This document shows positions 8,472 to 18,469 of a stretch of DNA of 60,007 bases, one piece after another. Every line of letters begins with the position of its first letter. The first letter of the stretch is position 1. The stretch is taken from positions 1 to 60,007 of the forward strand of contig JAWOBF010000063.1 of the NCBI GenBank assembly GCA_046498225.1, written 5' to 3'. The stretch is from Candidatus Aegiribacteria sp. (lineage in GTDB: Bacteria; Fermentibacterota; Fermentibacteria; Fermentibacterales; JCC-6). Made by a program: the position numbers and the translations under genes. The notes beneath the pieces were generated by a model. The model made no database searches and was not told the origin of the DNA. It saw nothing but the letters and a program-made list of their open reading frames with translations.

Positions 8472-9403
8472 AGGAAGGGGGAACCGCAGTTTCACAGGAG
8501 ACCCTACGCCGGTACGCCCGCAACCTCCTGGAAATGGTTCTTTCCAGGGGGAATGACCTTCCCAGGAGCTACGGGTTCGAATACGAGTTCCTTCCGGACC
8601 GGATACTTGCCCGCGATGACATGTCCATGCTGGAGGACTTCCTGAAGTCCAGGGGATACGAACCTGTTGAAGGAGTATATGTCAGGGGTCCCAGGCAGGT
8701 GGTCTTCGAGCCGGGGGGCCAGATAGAGTACCTCAGCCCGCCTCTCAGGGCCGATGAGTCAAGCAAACTGAATGAAGTAATGGGCTGGATAGCCGGAATG
8801 AACGAAGATATCCGGCGGGAAACCGGAATAAGGTATATCGGCACCGATTACATTCCGGGAAGGTACGACGCCCCGCTTCTTCTCACCTCCCCCAGGTACG
8901 CCAGGATGCATGAAAGGTTCAGGAAGGTGGACGCGAGGGGGCTGGAAATGATGAAGGGGACCGCTGCCATTCACCTTCACGCCGCCATCACCCGCCCGGA
9001 AGACCTGGGGGTTCTGTACGCGGAGTTCTGCAGAATGTCCACAAGCGAAACTCTGGGAATGTCCGCTGAGCGAAGGAGTATATGGGACAGAACGGACAGC
9101 TGCCGTTGCGGCCTGTCCAGCGCTCAACCCGGGAATAGTCCGGAGCTGATACTGGAATGCATAGTGGAACAGGCCCTTAACGCTGTGGAGCTGCGGACCG
9201 GCAGGGTCTTCAGCACTCTGAAGGACAAGGATTTCAGCGACTTCCTGGACCATCTGACCACCATGTTCACAGATATCAGAGTGAACGTTAAGGGGGGTAC
9301 CCTGGAACTGAGGACTCCTGACAGCAGGCCGCTCGAGGAGTTTCCCCGAGCCTGGAATGAATTCGTGAAGCGCTGCGAGAAGGCTGCCAGTCCTCACCAG
9401 TGA
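8468..9403 (+). CDS. Glutamate-cysteine ligase family (GCS2/EgtA-like) protein, short form
   Basis: 'GFEYEF', 'EPGGQIE', 'MMKGTAAIHLH', 'HLTTMFTDIR', 'LELRTPD'; ATGA overlap with the asnB stop. Confidence 0.8.
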   Translation: MKEGGTAVSQETLRRYARNLLEMVLSRGNDLPRSYGFEYEFLPDRILARDDMSMLEDFLKSRGYEPVEGVYVRGPRQVVFEPGGQIEYLSPPLRADESSKLNEVMGWIAGMNEDIRRETGIRYIGTDYIPGRYDAPLLLTSPRYARMHERFRKVDARGLEMMKGTAAIHLHAAITRPEDLGVLYAEFCRMSTSETLGMSAERRSIWDRTDSCRCGLSSAQPGNSPELILECIVEQALNAVELRTGRVFSTLKDKDFSDFLDHLTTMFTDIRVNVKGGTLELRTPDSRPLEEFPRAWNEFVKRCEKAASPHQ

Positions 9404-9483
9404 TTGCGATCCTCTGCAATTCAGAGAAATGGAAATACCACATTCAGCAAAATCCGTTACAGTGACCGGTCAGTGATGCGTGC

Positions 9484-10986
9484 CTACTGCTTTTGGAGAA
9501 TGCCCTTCTCGATCAGGTACTCCGAGATCCGGTCACTTGCGATGCTGCCGGCAAGCTCAGCGCCCCTTTCAGTCATGTGCATGGTATCGTAGAAGTATTC
9601 CTCTGAACTCGGCATTCGCGAAGCCAGGTCGATGACCTCTACATTCTCCTCCCGGCACACCTCCTTCAGATCGGAATTGAGGGTCTGGAGCATGCGCCAG
9701 TATGAGGCCGCGGAAATGGGCATCTGACCTTCTCCCGTCCACATCTGACATGCCAGGACACTCCGCCAGTGTTCCGAGTCATCGTAGAGGATAGGCTGGG
9801 TCATGAACACGGGCAGGATCTCCAGGGCCCGGCACTCGCTTATTATTGTCCTTATCCTGTCCCTGTAGAAGTCCGGATCCTGAAGGATATCGTGCAGGTC
9901 ATCCGGAAGCGGTTCCTCCTCAACTGTCAGCTCTTCCTCGCTGTAGTAGGGGTCCACGGTGCCGGTTATCACCTCTGCGCCTTCGATATGGATCTTTTTG
10001 ATTCTGTAGAGGAGCTGAAGGATCATGGACCTCCTGAAGAGCCACGGTCGCAATCCCGAATCGGGAAGTCGCTCCATGTAAGAGGGTGATCCCCTTAAAA
10101 AGGGGCCCATATCATTCGCTCCCACCAGGAAGAGGGCGATGTCGGGCCTTATGGAAGAAAGGACTTCCTTGACGAAAAGGGCATGAGTTTCCGCCGAGTG
10201 CCTCGGTATTCCCGCATTCCCCACCCAAACCTCGGGATCGATCCTTCTGAGCTCCTGCTGGAGAATGTACGACCATGTGAGGCTGTCATCGAGATAGTAG
10301 TTCGCCGTGGTGCTCCCTCCGATGGTGACTATGGTCAGGTATTCGTCCCAATCACGTGGAGGTTCCTCGCCACGGAACCCCCATTTATTTGTCGTCAGCA
10401 TTCCTCCGGGAGTGATGCCCGGCAGATTCACCTGAAGCTCCACTCTCTGGTGCGGCCTCAGCCCGAATCTGGGGTCGAAAATACTTCCGGGCAGCAGTAT
10501 CCGGAGGATGACATCCGCGACTATCAGAGATATGGCCAGTGATACGGTGAGCATGAGCGTACCGGTTATAGTCCTTCTGAGTCGCCTGCCCTCCTGGAAG
10601 GATATGAACAGAAGGCCCGGAACGAATGCCAGGATGAAGATGCCGATGGTGAAGCCCGTCCTGTCGAAAAGCGGGAATGGGAAAAGGAACCAGACAAGGA
10701 AGAGCAATACCGGCAGGAAAACGGCCATGAGCCCTCCGGCAATATTCGGCACTTTCCGGAACAGCCCTTCCCCGCGAGCGAGAACAGACCTGTTCACAGC
10801 GGCCGTGATTCCCGTGAGAAAGATCAGTGTGAACAGCACTATAAGCCCTGTCACCGCCGGGGACCATTGTCCGAGGACGGCACCTTGAGAACTTCGGGAG
10901 GTTATCAGGGCATGAAGAATAAGAAGCGTGGCTCCGCAGCCGAAGAGAATTATCAGTCTTGCAAGGACCGGGTTCCTTTTTGACAT
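9484..10986 (-). CDS. Membrane-anchored SGNH/GDSL hydrolase family protein
   Basis: Five N-terminal hydrophobic segments; 'IGGSTT', 'NAG', 'GAND', 'DTMH' blocks. Confidence 0.85.
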   Translation of the reverse strand: MSKRNPVLARLIILFGCGATLLILHALITSRSSQGAVLGQWSPAVTGLIVLFTLIFLTGITAAVNRSVLARGEGLFRKVPNIAGGLMAVFLPVLLFLVWFLFPFPLFDRTGFTIGIFILAFVPGLLFISFQEGRRLRRTITGTLMLTVSLAISLIVADVILRILLPGSIFDPRFGLRPHQRVELQVNLPGITPGGMLTTNKWGFRGEEPPRDWDEYLTIVTIGGSTTANYYLDDSLTWSYILQQELRRIDPEVWVGNAGIPRHSAETHALFVKEVLSSIRPDIALFLVGANDMGPFLRGSPSYMERLPDSGLRPWLFRRSMILQLLYRIKKIHIEGAEVITGTVDPYYSEEELTVEEEPLPDDLHDILQDPDFYRDRIRTIISECRALEILPVFMTQPILYDDSEHWRSVLACQMWTGEGQMPISAASYWRMLQTLNSDLKEVCREENVEVIDLASRMPSSEEYFYDTMHMTERGAELAGSIASDRISEYLIEKGILQKQ

Positions 10987-11174
10987 TCGCCGCCTTCTTC
11001 TGCGTCAGGCTGTAAGGTTACGGTTTTGAATGGGTTCAATACCTGATGAACCGATACTAAGATAATCAGTATCGGATATTCCACCAACCGAAGATCCGGT
11101 CTCATTGACAGTCCGTTGTGGAATACCCCGGCATGCTGTATCATTTATCCTGGTCTTTTGCCGGAGGGAAACTG

Positions 11175-11738
11175 ATGCTTTTACTGTTCTGCCTGCTGGC
11201 TGTATCCTATGTTCCAGAAACAGGTTCCGATTACGAACGGAGCGCACCCATCGTTATTTCCGTCAATGATACCACAGTTTCCTATACCAGACCGGATTCC
11301 GCTTCCACGTTCTTTGCCCGGCTGCTGCCGGGAGATGCAGTGATCGTATCCGCGATCAGTTCATCCGGCTGGCTGGGCTTCGATCCCGGAGTGGCCCAGG
11401 CAGGTAATGTCGGAGTCTTCCGCTGCAGATGGGTGCCGCCCGATGGTGGTTATGAACTGCTCGGAGATACCGCGGCACTGTCTCCATCCTGGACCCCCGG
11501 CGCCGGTATCCCGTATGCCATGGCTCTGGAAGATACCCCCGTCCTCAGTGGACCGGACAGCCTGGCCTCGGTGACGGACACATTGCCGGCTGGTTCCGCC
11601 GCGGCCATCATCGAGCGCGCCGATGAATGGTACAGGGTTGATCTCGAGCAGGGGCCCCTCGAACGTTGTGTGGTGGGCTGGGTGCGGATGGAGGGGATTT
11701 CCGTCAGCGAAGATCCGGCTCCGGCGGTGCATCCCTGA
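11175..11738 (+). CDS. Secreted protein with SH3-like domains
   Basis: GGAGG SD; signal peptide; 'LPAGS...ERADEWYRV...VGWV' SH3b-like pattern. Confidence 0.65.
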   Translation: MLLLFCLLAVSYVPETGSDYERSAPIVISVNDTTVSYTRPDSASTFFARLLPGDAVIVSAISSSGWLGFDPGVAQAGNVGVFRCRWVPPDGGYELLGDTAALSPSWTPGAGIPYAMALEDTPVLSGPDSLASVTDTLPAGSAAAIIERADEWYRVDLEQGPLERCVVGWVRMEGISVSEDPAPAVHP

Positions 11739-12276
11739 GAATTGAGAGACTCCCAGCGAACTTCGTCAGTATTACGCGGTAGGCCGGGGAGTAGCTCTCC
11801 CTGTATATGGCAGAATGGTGAACGGCTGGGTATCCTGATCTTCGCATGGTATCCATATACCCGGCGATATCCCGCAGGGCCGGTGTAAGAAGGTGTTCCC
11901 CCGCCATACCGGTTATCCATTCACCGTATCTCTCCAGTCTGGCCCTTGAGCCCCTGTACTCCCGCGAGGTTCTGAGGAAGGCTTCCAGCAGGACCTCCGG
12001 GTTTCCTCCTGACGCGAGAAAGGGTCTCAGGTTGATCCTGGCCATGTTCCCGCTGTCCGATATCACATCCAGAACAGGTTCGGACGGACCTTTGGAGAGT
12101 TCTCCTATCTCTCTCATCAGATACTCGCGGACGGCGTCGGTACTGCCCGTGCTGTGCCGGTTTCCCATGGCGGCCTGGTACAGGAGTTTGTAGAGGTCGC
12201 TGCTCTCCATGAGGGGATACCTCGAAAGGTGGGAGCTGACCACCCTTATGAACCTGGTTTCGTTTTCGCTCTTCAC
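11704..12276 (-). CDS. Conserved hypothetical protein
   Basis: 'YPLME..DLYKLLYQAAMG..H' and 'GYPAVHHS..YRE.Y.PAYRV' look like conserved blocks; GTG start with SD (TTG 12306 is an alternative). Confidence 0.75.
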   Translation of the reverse strand: MKSENETRFIRVVSSHLSRYPLMESSDLYKLLYQAAMGNRHSTGSTDAVREYLMREIGELSKGPSEPVLDVISDSGNMARINLRPFLASGGNPEVLLEAFLRTSREYRGSRARLERYGEWITGMAGEHLLTPALRDIAGYMDTMRRSGYPAVHHSAIYRESYSPAYRVILTKFAGSLSILRDAPPEPDLR

Positions 12277-12354
12277 GATGCCCCTCTCCAGACCGACACA
12301 GTTCAATATACGTCAGCCGGCCGGACGGGAGAAGTATGAGTATCCGGCCCGGCC

Positions 12355-12382
12355 TTGACGTTTACTTACTGGTAAGTAGAAT
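12355..12382 (+). promoter_or_regulatory. Promoter of the TetR-RND operon with an embedded palindromic operator
   Basis: TTGACG-16nt-TAGAAT; palindrome TACTTAC-TG-GTAAGTA at 12363-12378 spanning the spacer and the start of -10. Confidence 0.75.
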
Positions 12383-12418
12383 TGATACTCACGATATTTC
12401 GATAGGAGGTGCGCCCGG

Positions 12419-13009
12419 GTGGAAGGTGACAACAGGAGCAGGCTTCTGGAGGCAGGAGTGGAACTGCTGTCGGAGAAGACTTTCTCGGAGATATCCATGG
12501 ATCAGGTGGCTGAGAGGTCCGGTGTCTCCAAGCCCATGATATACTATTACTTCGATAACAAGGAGGGCTATTACAGGGCGGTTGCCGAACACCTGCTGAA
12601 GATGGCCAGGTCCATGATGATGGAAATATACGACCCGCGAAGAAGTCTGAGGGATAATCTTGTCAATTACGTCAGCTTCAGGTTGAGGTTCGTGGAGGAG
12701 AATCCTGGCATCACCAACGCTTTCATGTCCGTTATCACGGATCCGAACATAGGGCTTCTCATAAACGAGTTGCAGCAGGAGTTCGATATAATGAGGATGG
12801 AGTTCATAGACCCCATGTTCGACAGGGCTGTTGAGAAGGGTGAGATAAAACCCGGTGTGAACAGGATGATAGTGATGATGATGCTGAATTCCCTCCTTGT
12901 CTCCCTGACAGTAAAGATGACACACAATCTGTGCGGTAAAGAGGAATTGGACCCCGAAGAGGTGGTTGATATCGTATTTTATGGTATCTCCGCGGCTGGA
13001 GAGGAATAA
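12419..13009 (+). CDS. TetR/AcrR family transcriptional regulator
   Basis: 'SMDQVAERSGVSKPMIYYYFDNKEG' HTH; GGAGG SD. Confidence 0.93.
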   Translation: MEGDNRSRLLEAGVELLSEKTFSEISMDQVAERSGVSKPMIYYYFDNKEGYYRAVAEHLLKMARSMMMEIYDPRRSLRDNLVNYVSFRLRFVEENPGITNAFMSVITDPNIGLLINELQQEFDIMRMEFIDPMFDRAVEKGEIKPGVNRMIVMMMLNSLLVSLTVKMTHNLCGKEELDPEEVVDIVFYGISAAGEE

Positions 13010-13016
13010 TGCCAAT

Positions 13017-14318
13017 ATGAGAATATTGATGATGGCGGTGCTGCTGGCGGCTTGCTCCGCGATGGGGGTAACGCTGCAGGAGGCCGTGGGAATAGCGCTG
13101 CAGAACAGGGGGGACGTCCAGTCAGCGCTGATGTCCTACCGGAGTGCCGGCTGGGAGAGCAGGAATGCGGACCTGTGGTTCCTGCCCCAGGTCAACGGTC
13201 AGCTGGCGTTCTCGAAGAACTACGACGTCCAGGAATTCACGATACCGGGAATGGGCGCCATCCCGATGGGGACGGAGTACACTTCCATCGCCGGTATTTC
13301 CGTGACCGTACCCGTATTCGCGGCCCAGGGTCCTGCGGGTTCCAGAATGGCGTCCAGGGCAGAGGAGATGTCCTTCCACCAGGCCAGGGCCACGGAGATG
13401 GATGCCGTCGTTCAGGTTGTCCGAGCTTTCTACGGGGTGCTCCTGGCCAGGGAGATGATGGATGTATCGCAGGAAGCGCTTGATATCGCCGAAGAGGGAT
13501 ACAGGCTTGCCGAACTCAAGTATGAAGCAGGAACCATATCCCGTTTCGAGCTTCTTCAGAGCAGGGTCGCCTGGGAGAATCGGCAGCCGGATCTGATAGC
13601 CGCCGGGAACGCCCTCGAGAATGCCTATTCCGGATTCGCGGTGGCTCTTGGCATGGACGTTGACGATCTGCTCCTCATCGACGGCAGCCTGGATGACCAG
13701 CCCGGTTTCAGGATGCCGAAGACCCTGCAGGAAGCCGGATCAATGATGATCCAGAACAATCCCGACCTTCAGACCGCCGAGTACATGGAGCTTGTGGGAG
13801 AAGCGGGAGTGGACATGGCCAGGTCTTCCTTCATGCCCCGCCTGGTCTTTCAGACCGATCTGAACTACCAGGCGGCGAGGGATGACATGGAGTTCGAGAT
13901 CGATGACTACGAGAGGAACCTGACAATCTCGGCCGCCCTTCAGGTCCCCCTGTTCAACGGTTTTTCCGATATTTCCGGCTTCAATTCGGCCAGGGCTCAG
14001 AGGACCGCTTCCCGAGCTTCGGCAAGAAGCATTCGCCAGGCCACAGAACTGAAACTGGTGTCATCCTGGAACGATCTGCAGGCTGCCCTGGAGAACGCTG
14101 ACGCAACCCGCTCCACGGTTGAACAGGCAATGGAAGGGGCTGAGATAGCCAGAGTTTCTTACGAGGCTGGAATGATAACAAGGCTTGAGATGGACCAGGC
14201 TTTTCTTGCCCTGACAACTGCCAGGACCAATTACGCCAGAGCGCTTTACAACCTCAGGACGGCTGAGGCCGGGCTGATGAGGGTTGTGGGAGTAATGGAA
14301 GGATATACCGATGAGTAG
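13017..14318 (+). CDS. TolC family outer membrane efflux protein
   Basis: Signal peptide; two OEP repeats ('YEAGTISRFELLQ', 'YEAGMITRLEMDQA'). Confidence 0.9.
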   Translation: MRILMMAVLLAACSAMGVTLQEAVGIALQNRGDVQSALMSYRSAGWESRNADLWFLPQVNGQLAFSKNYDVQEFTIPGMGAIPMGTEYTSIAGISVTVPVFAAQGPAGSRMASRAEEMSFHQARATEMDAVVQVVRAFYGVLLAREMMDVSQEALDIAEEGYRLAELKYEAGTISRFELLQSRVAWENRQPDLIAAGNALENAYSGFAVALGMDVDDLLLIDGSLDDQPGFRMPKTLQEAGSMMIQNNPDLQTAEYMELVGEAGVDMARSSFMPRLVFQTDLNYQAARDDMEFEIDDYERNLTISAALQVPLFNGFSDISGFNSARAQRTASRASARSIRQATELKLVSSWNDLQAALENADATRSTVEQAMEGAEIARVSYEAGMITRLEMDQAFLALTTARTNYARALYNLRTAEAGLMRVVGVMEGYTDE

Positions 14319-15393
14319 CTTCAGGATAATCTGTATTGCCGTCCCCGCTTCACTTGCCCTGCTGCTTGCGGCGGGATGCGGCTCCCCCCCGCAGGCACAG
14401 CAGGAAAAGCCTCCGGTAAGGGTTTCCGTAGAGGTGGTCGAGCCCACCGAGATATCCAGTATCGCTTACGCCAGCGCCAGGGTGGAAGGGCTGGAGGAGG
14501 CTCTCATTTACGCCATGTCCCCAGGCAAGGTCGAGGAGGTACTGGTTTCCGAGGGTGACAGCGTAACAGCGGGACAGAGGCTGGTCCGGCTCAACACAGA
14601 CCAGCAGGCAGGAGCGGCAACGGCCAGCGCCGTTGCCGGCGTTAGCGCCGCTCAGGCCAATCTGGACAATGCCATGAGCAACTACAGGCGGATGCAGTCC
14701 CTTTACGAGGCGGGCGGAGCCAGCGCCCAGCAGCTGGAGGCTGCGGAAGCGTCAGTGGAAGCGGCCCAGGCGCAGTTGAGCCAGGCCAGGGCGGGGTACG
14801 CCCAGGCAAGGACCTCCAGGGAGAACTCATGGATAATCGCGCCCTTTGACGGGCAGATAGGAAGGATATGGGCAAGGGAGGGCAATTCCTCATCCGGTAC
14901 CCCTCTGGTTTCCATATCCAACAACTCGGCAATCGTCGCCAGGATACTGCTTCCCGAAAAGGACCTGCTTGCTCTCAGGCCGGGACTTCCCGCCTATATA
15001 ACAGTAAGTTCTCTGGACAATGAGTCATTTCCCGGAATTGTGACTTCCGCTTCGTCAAGTGTGGACCAGATGAGCGGACTTGTGCCGGTCGAGGTCAGGT
15101 TCGACGAGACAAGGGGAAGACTTCGTCCCGGCATGGCGGGCAGGGTGGCCGTACTTACCGAGACCCATGAGAATATCGTCGCGGTGTCCGAATCGGTCCT
15201 CAGAAGGACCCAGAGCGGTTTTCAGGTTGTAGTGGTGGAAAACGGCAGGGGTATAATACAGGAGGTCCAGGTCGGAATATCCAGTGAGGGGAAGGTCCAG
15301 ATAACCGATGGACTGTCCTTCGGTGATTCCCTCGTGGTCGCAGGACAGTCGATGCTTCAGGACAGCGCCAGAGTGGAAGTGGTGGGTCAATGA
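14311..15393 (+). CDS. RND efflux periplasmic adaptor (MFP) lipoprotein
   Basis: Lipobox LAAGC; 'GKVEEVLVSEGDSVTAGQ', 'IIAPFDG', 'LRPGM'. Confidence 0.92.
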   Translation: MSSFRIICIAVPASLALLLAAGCGSPPQAQQEKPPVRVSVEVVEPTEISSIAYASARVEGLEEALIYAMSPGKVEEVLVSEGDSVTAGQRLVRLNTDQQAGAATASAVAGVSAAQANLDNAMSNYRRMQSLYEAGGASAQQLEAAEASVEAAQAQLSQARAGYAQARTSRENSWIIAPFDGQIGRIWAREGNSSSGTPLVSISNNSAIVARILLPEKDLLALRPGLPAYITVSSLDNESFPGIVTSASSSVDQMSGLVPVEVRFDETRGRLRPGMAGRVAVLTETHENIVAVSESVLRRTQSGFQVVVVENGRGIIQEVQVGISSEGKVQITDGLSFGDSLVVAGQSMLQDSARVEVVGQ

Positions 15394-18300
15394 AGCTTCC
15401 CGATCTTTCCGTAAAACGAAGAGTCACCTTCCTGATGCTGTTCATCGCCGTGTTCGGCACCGGTGTCTTCGGACTTACCCAGCTGGGTGTGGACATGTAT
15501 CCGGACATTGAGTTCCCCATGATAATGGTGCTCAGCAGCATGGAGGGGGCGGGTCCCGAAGAGATGGAGAACCTGGTTACCGACCCGCTGGAGCAGGCGG
15601 TGGCCAGGGTTTCCAATGTAAAGAAAGTCACGTCCACGTCCAGACCGGGTATAAGCGTGGTCACAGCGGAGTTCAACTGGGGGCACAGCCTGGAGCAGGC
15701 CGAGACCGACGTCAGAAGGCAGCTGGACATGTTCAGCGCGGTGCTTCCCGAGGATGCCAGCGACCCGCTGATATTCGCTCTTGATCCAAGTATGCAGCCC
15801 GTTCTCTATGTGGGGTTCAGCAGTGAGATTCTGAACGATTTCGATCTGAGGACACTCATTCAGGAAGAGATAGAGCCTCTTTTCAGCCGGCTTGACGGCG
15901 TGGGTTCGGCTGTCACCGTAGGAGGACGCGAGCGCCAGATCAATGTCCGGCTGAAGCCCTCCGCCATGCTGGACGCAGGTGTGACCGCCTCCCAGATAGC
16001 AGGCGCTCTCGCCTCGGTGCGGAACAACTCTCCGGCCGGAAGGATCGATTCGGGCGGCATGAACATGAGCATCAGGATAGAGTCCGCCTTTCACAGTGTG
16101 GAGGAGATAGAGCAGCTGGCAGTCGGAATGAGCAACGGAGCGCCGGTCCTTCTTCGCGACGTGGCATACGTGGAGGACGGGGAGGCGGAGGTTCTCCAGT
16201 ACGTCCGGTTCAACGGTGAACCTTCCATCTCCATGTACATGAACAAGAGGTCGGACGCCAACACGGTGAATGTCTGCGCCAGGATACGGGATCAGCTGGA
16301 CAATATAAGGGAGGACTACAGGGGAATGCTGACCCCTGTTATACTCTTCGACCAGTCGGAGTTCATAGAGCAGTCCATAAACAACCTGGGCAATACGGCA
16401 CTTCAGGCGAGTTTTCTGGCCTTCCTGGTTCTCCTGTTCTTCCTCCGCTCCTGGCGGGGCTCCTTCATCGCCGGCATCTCCATACCCATGTCGGTCTTTG
16501 TCACCTTCGGCGTGATGCATTTCACCGGCGTACAGATAAATCTGATCTCTCTGGCCGGTCTGGCTCTGGCGATAGGCCTTCTGGTGGACAACGCCATTGT
16601 GGTGCTGGAGAATATCTTCCGGCATCGTGAATCGGGTGAGTCGCAGTTCGATGCCGCCGTCAACGGGGCCGGTGAGGTTTCCAACGCGATCACCGCGTCC
16701 ACCCTTACCACGCTGGCGGTCTTCCTTCCCATCCTTTTCGTTCCGGGTCTGGCCGGACAGCTTTTCAAGGAGATGGTGCTGACCATAACATTCAGTCTTT
16801 CGATATCACTTTTCGTAGCGCTGAGCCTTGTGCCGCTGATATCATCATGGGTACGGAAGCTCGTGCCTGTGCACAGGCCGAAAAGCATCGCGGACAGGAT
16901 GAAGGGAATGATAGACCGGCTGGAGAAGAGATACAGCCGCCTGGTCTCATGGGCGGTCAACCATAAGAAGGTGGTTCTCATTTCCACAGCCGGCGCATTT
17001 GTCATTACCATACTGATGCTTACCCGGCTTCCCTCGGAATTCTTTCCGGAATCCGATGACAATTTCATAATGATGGATGTGACACTTCCCGTAGGGTCCA
17101 GCCTGGAGAGGACCGACCGAATGGTGCGTGCCCTGGAGGATTCCATCCAGTCCATAGTTGACGAGGACGACCTGATGGCGGTGTTCAGCACCGTAGGGGA
17201 AGCGGAAGGAGTAATGGCGATATTCGGCTCCAGTGGATCGAATGCCGGAATGGTGCGGATCAGGCTGACGCCTTCCAGTCAGAGGAGCACGTCCATGTTC
17301 GAGTACCAGGACCGGATAAGAGAGGTTCTCAGAGGGATGCCCGGCGTAGAGTACTCCTCCGAGGCAGGAATGTCAATCATGGGCGGGTCGGCAATAGAGA
17401 TAACCCTCTACGGCGATAACCTGGAGGAACTCTACCGGAAGGGCGAGGAAATAAAGGAAGCCATCTCCCGAATAGAAGGCGTGGCCGACCCGACAACCTC
17501 AATGGAAGACCGTATTCCCGAGTATTCCTTCGTACCCGATCCCGTGAGAGTTTCGCTGATGGGAGCTTCACGGTCGCAGCTGGCCACGGATGTCAGGTAC
17601 GGATTTCAGGGAACCAACGCCAGTGTATTCCGTGAGGATGACGAGGAATTCAATATCAATGTCAGGCTGCCGGAGAACCTCAGAGATTCCAGGGAGGACC
17701 TGGAGTACGCGGCGGTCCTGGGAAGACCGCTCATTTCAATGGGGTCGCTGGAACAGCGCATGATCTCGAATGTCATAACCAGGACCAACCAGGCAAGGAT
17801 GGTGACCATATCGTGTGACGTTTCCGGCGGCAGGTCCCTGGGTGAGGTCTCCTCCGATGTAATGGCAACACTGAGGGAGATGGACACGGGAGGGTACAGG
17901 TACGAGATGGGGGGGGAAATGGAGGACCAGAGGGAGACCTTCATGTACCTTGGAATAGCCATCATCGTTGCCGCGGCCCTGGTCTACATGGTCATGGCGG
18001 GCCAGTTCGAGTCCTTCCTTGAACCCTTCATTATCATCTTCACCCTGCCTCTCGCATTCATAGGCGTGGTGCTGGGGCTCTTCATTACGGGTACGCCGCT
18101 CTCGGTGATGTCCATAGTCGGGATGCTGATGCTGGCGGGAATAGTGGTCAACAACGGAATAGTGATGATTGACTACGCCAACCAGCTGCGCAGGAAAGGC
18201 AGAGACATAATAGAGGCGATAGTGGAAGCCTCCACCACCAGGATGCGCCCCATAATGATGACGGCCACCACAACTATACTCGCCATGCTGCCCCTGGCCC

Positions 18301-18452
18301 TTGGACTGGGGGAGGGGGCCGAGAACTGGTCACCCATGGCCATCACCGTCATCGGGGGGCTGTTCGTGGCCACGGTGCTGACACTGGTTGTGGAACCGTG
18401 CATCTACGTGATATTCGGCTGCTACAAGAGGTTCAGGAAGAACTCAGAATGA
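15390..18452 (+). CDS. AcrB/AcrD/AcrF family RND transporter permease
   Basis: 1020 aa; 'GLLVDNAIVVLENI', 'GIVVNNGIVMID', 'RMRPIMMT'. Confidence 0.95.
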   Translation: MKLPDLSVKRRVTFLMLFIAVFGTGVFGLTQLGVDMYPDIEFPMIMVLSSMEGAGPEEMENLVTDPLEQAVARVSNVKKVTSTSRPGISVVTAEFNWGHSLEQAETDVRRQLDMFSAVLPEDASDPLIFALDPSMQPVLYVGFSSEILNDFDLRTLIQEEIEPLFSRLDGVGSAVTVGGRERQINVRLKPSAMLDAGVTASQIAGALASVRNNSPAGRIDSGGMNMSIRIESAFHSVEEIEQLAVGMSNGAPVLLRDVAYVEDGEAEVLQYVRFNGEPSISMYMNKRSDANTVNVCARIRDQLDNIREDYRGMLTPVILFDQSEFIEQSINNLGNTALQASFLAFLVLLFFLRSWRGSFIAGISIPMSVFVTFGVMHFTGVQINLISLAGLALAIGLLVDNAIVVLENIFRHRESGESQFDAAVNGAGEVSNAITASTLTTLAVFLPILFVPGLAGQLFKEMVLTITFSLSISLFVALSLVPLISSWVRKLVPVHRPKSIADRMKGMIDRLEKRYSRLVSWAVNHKKVVLISTAGAFVITILMLTRLPSEFFPESDDNFIMMDVTLPVGSSLERTDRMVRALEDSIQSIVDEDDLMAVFSTVGEAEGVMAIFGSSGSNAGMVRIRLTPSSQRSTSMFEYQDRIREVLRGMPGVEYSSEAGMSIMGGSAIEITLYGDNLEELYRKGEEIKEAISRIEGVADPTTSMEDRIPEYSFVPDPVRVSLMGASRSQLATDVRYGFQGTNASVFREDDEEFNINVRLPENLRDSREDLEYAAVLGRPLISMGSLEQRMISNVITRTNQARMVTISCDVSGGRSLGEVSSDVMATLREMDTGGYRYEMGGEMEDQRETFMYLGIAIIVAAALVYMVMAGQFESFLEPFIIIFTLPLAFIGVVLGLFITGTPLSVMSIVGMLMLAGIVVNNGIVMIDYANQLRRKGRDIIEAIVEASTTRMRPIMMTATTTILAMLPLALGLGEGAENWSPMAITVIGGLFVATVLTLVVEPCIYVIFGCYKRFRKNSE

Positions 18453-18469
18453 ACTGATATTACAGGTCT

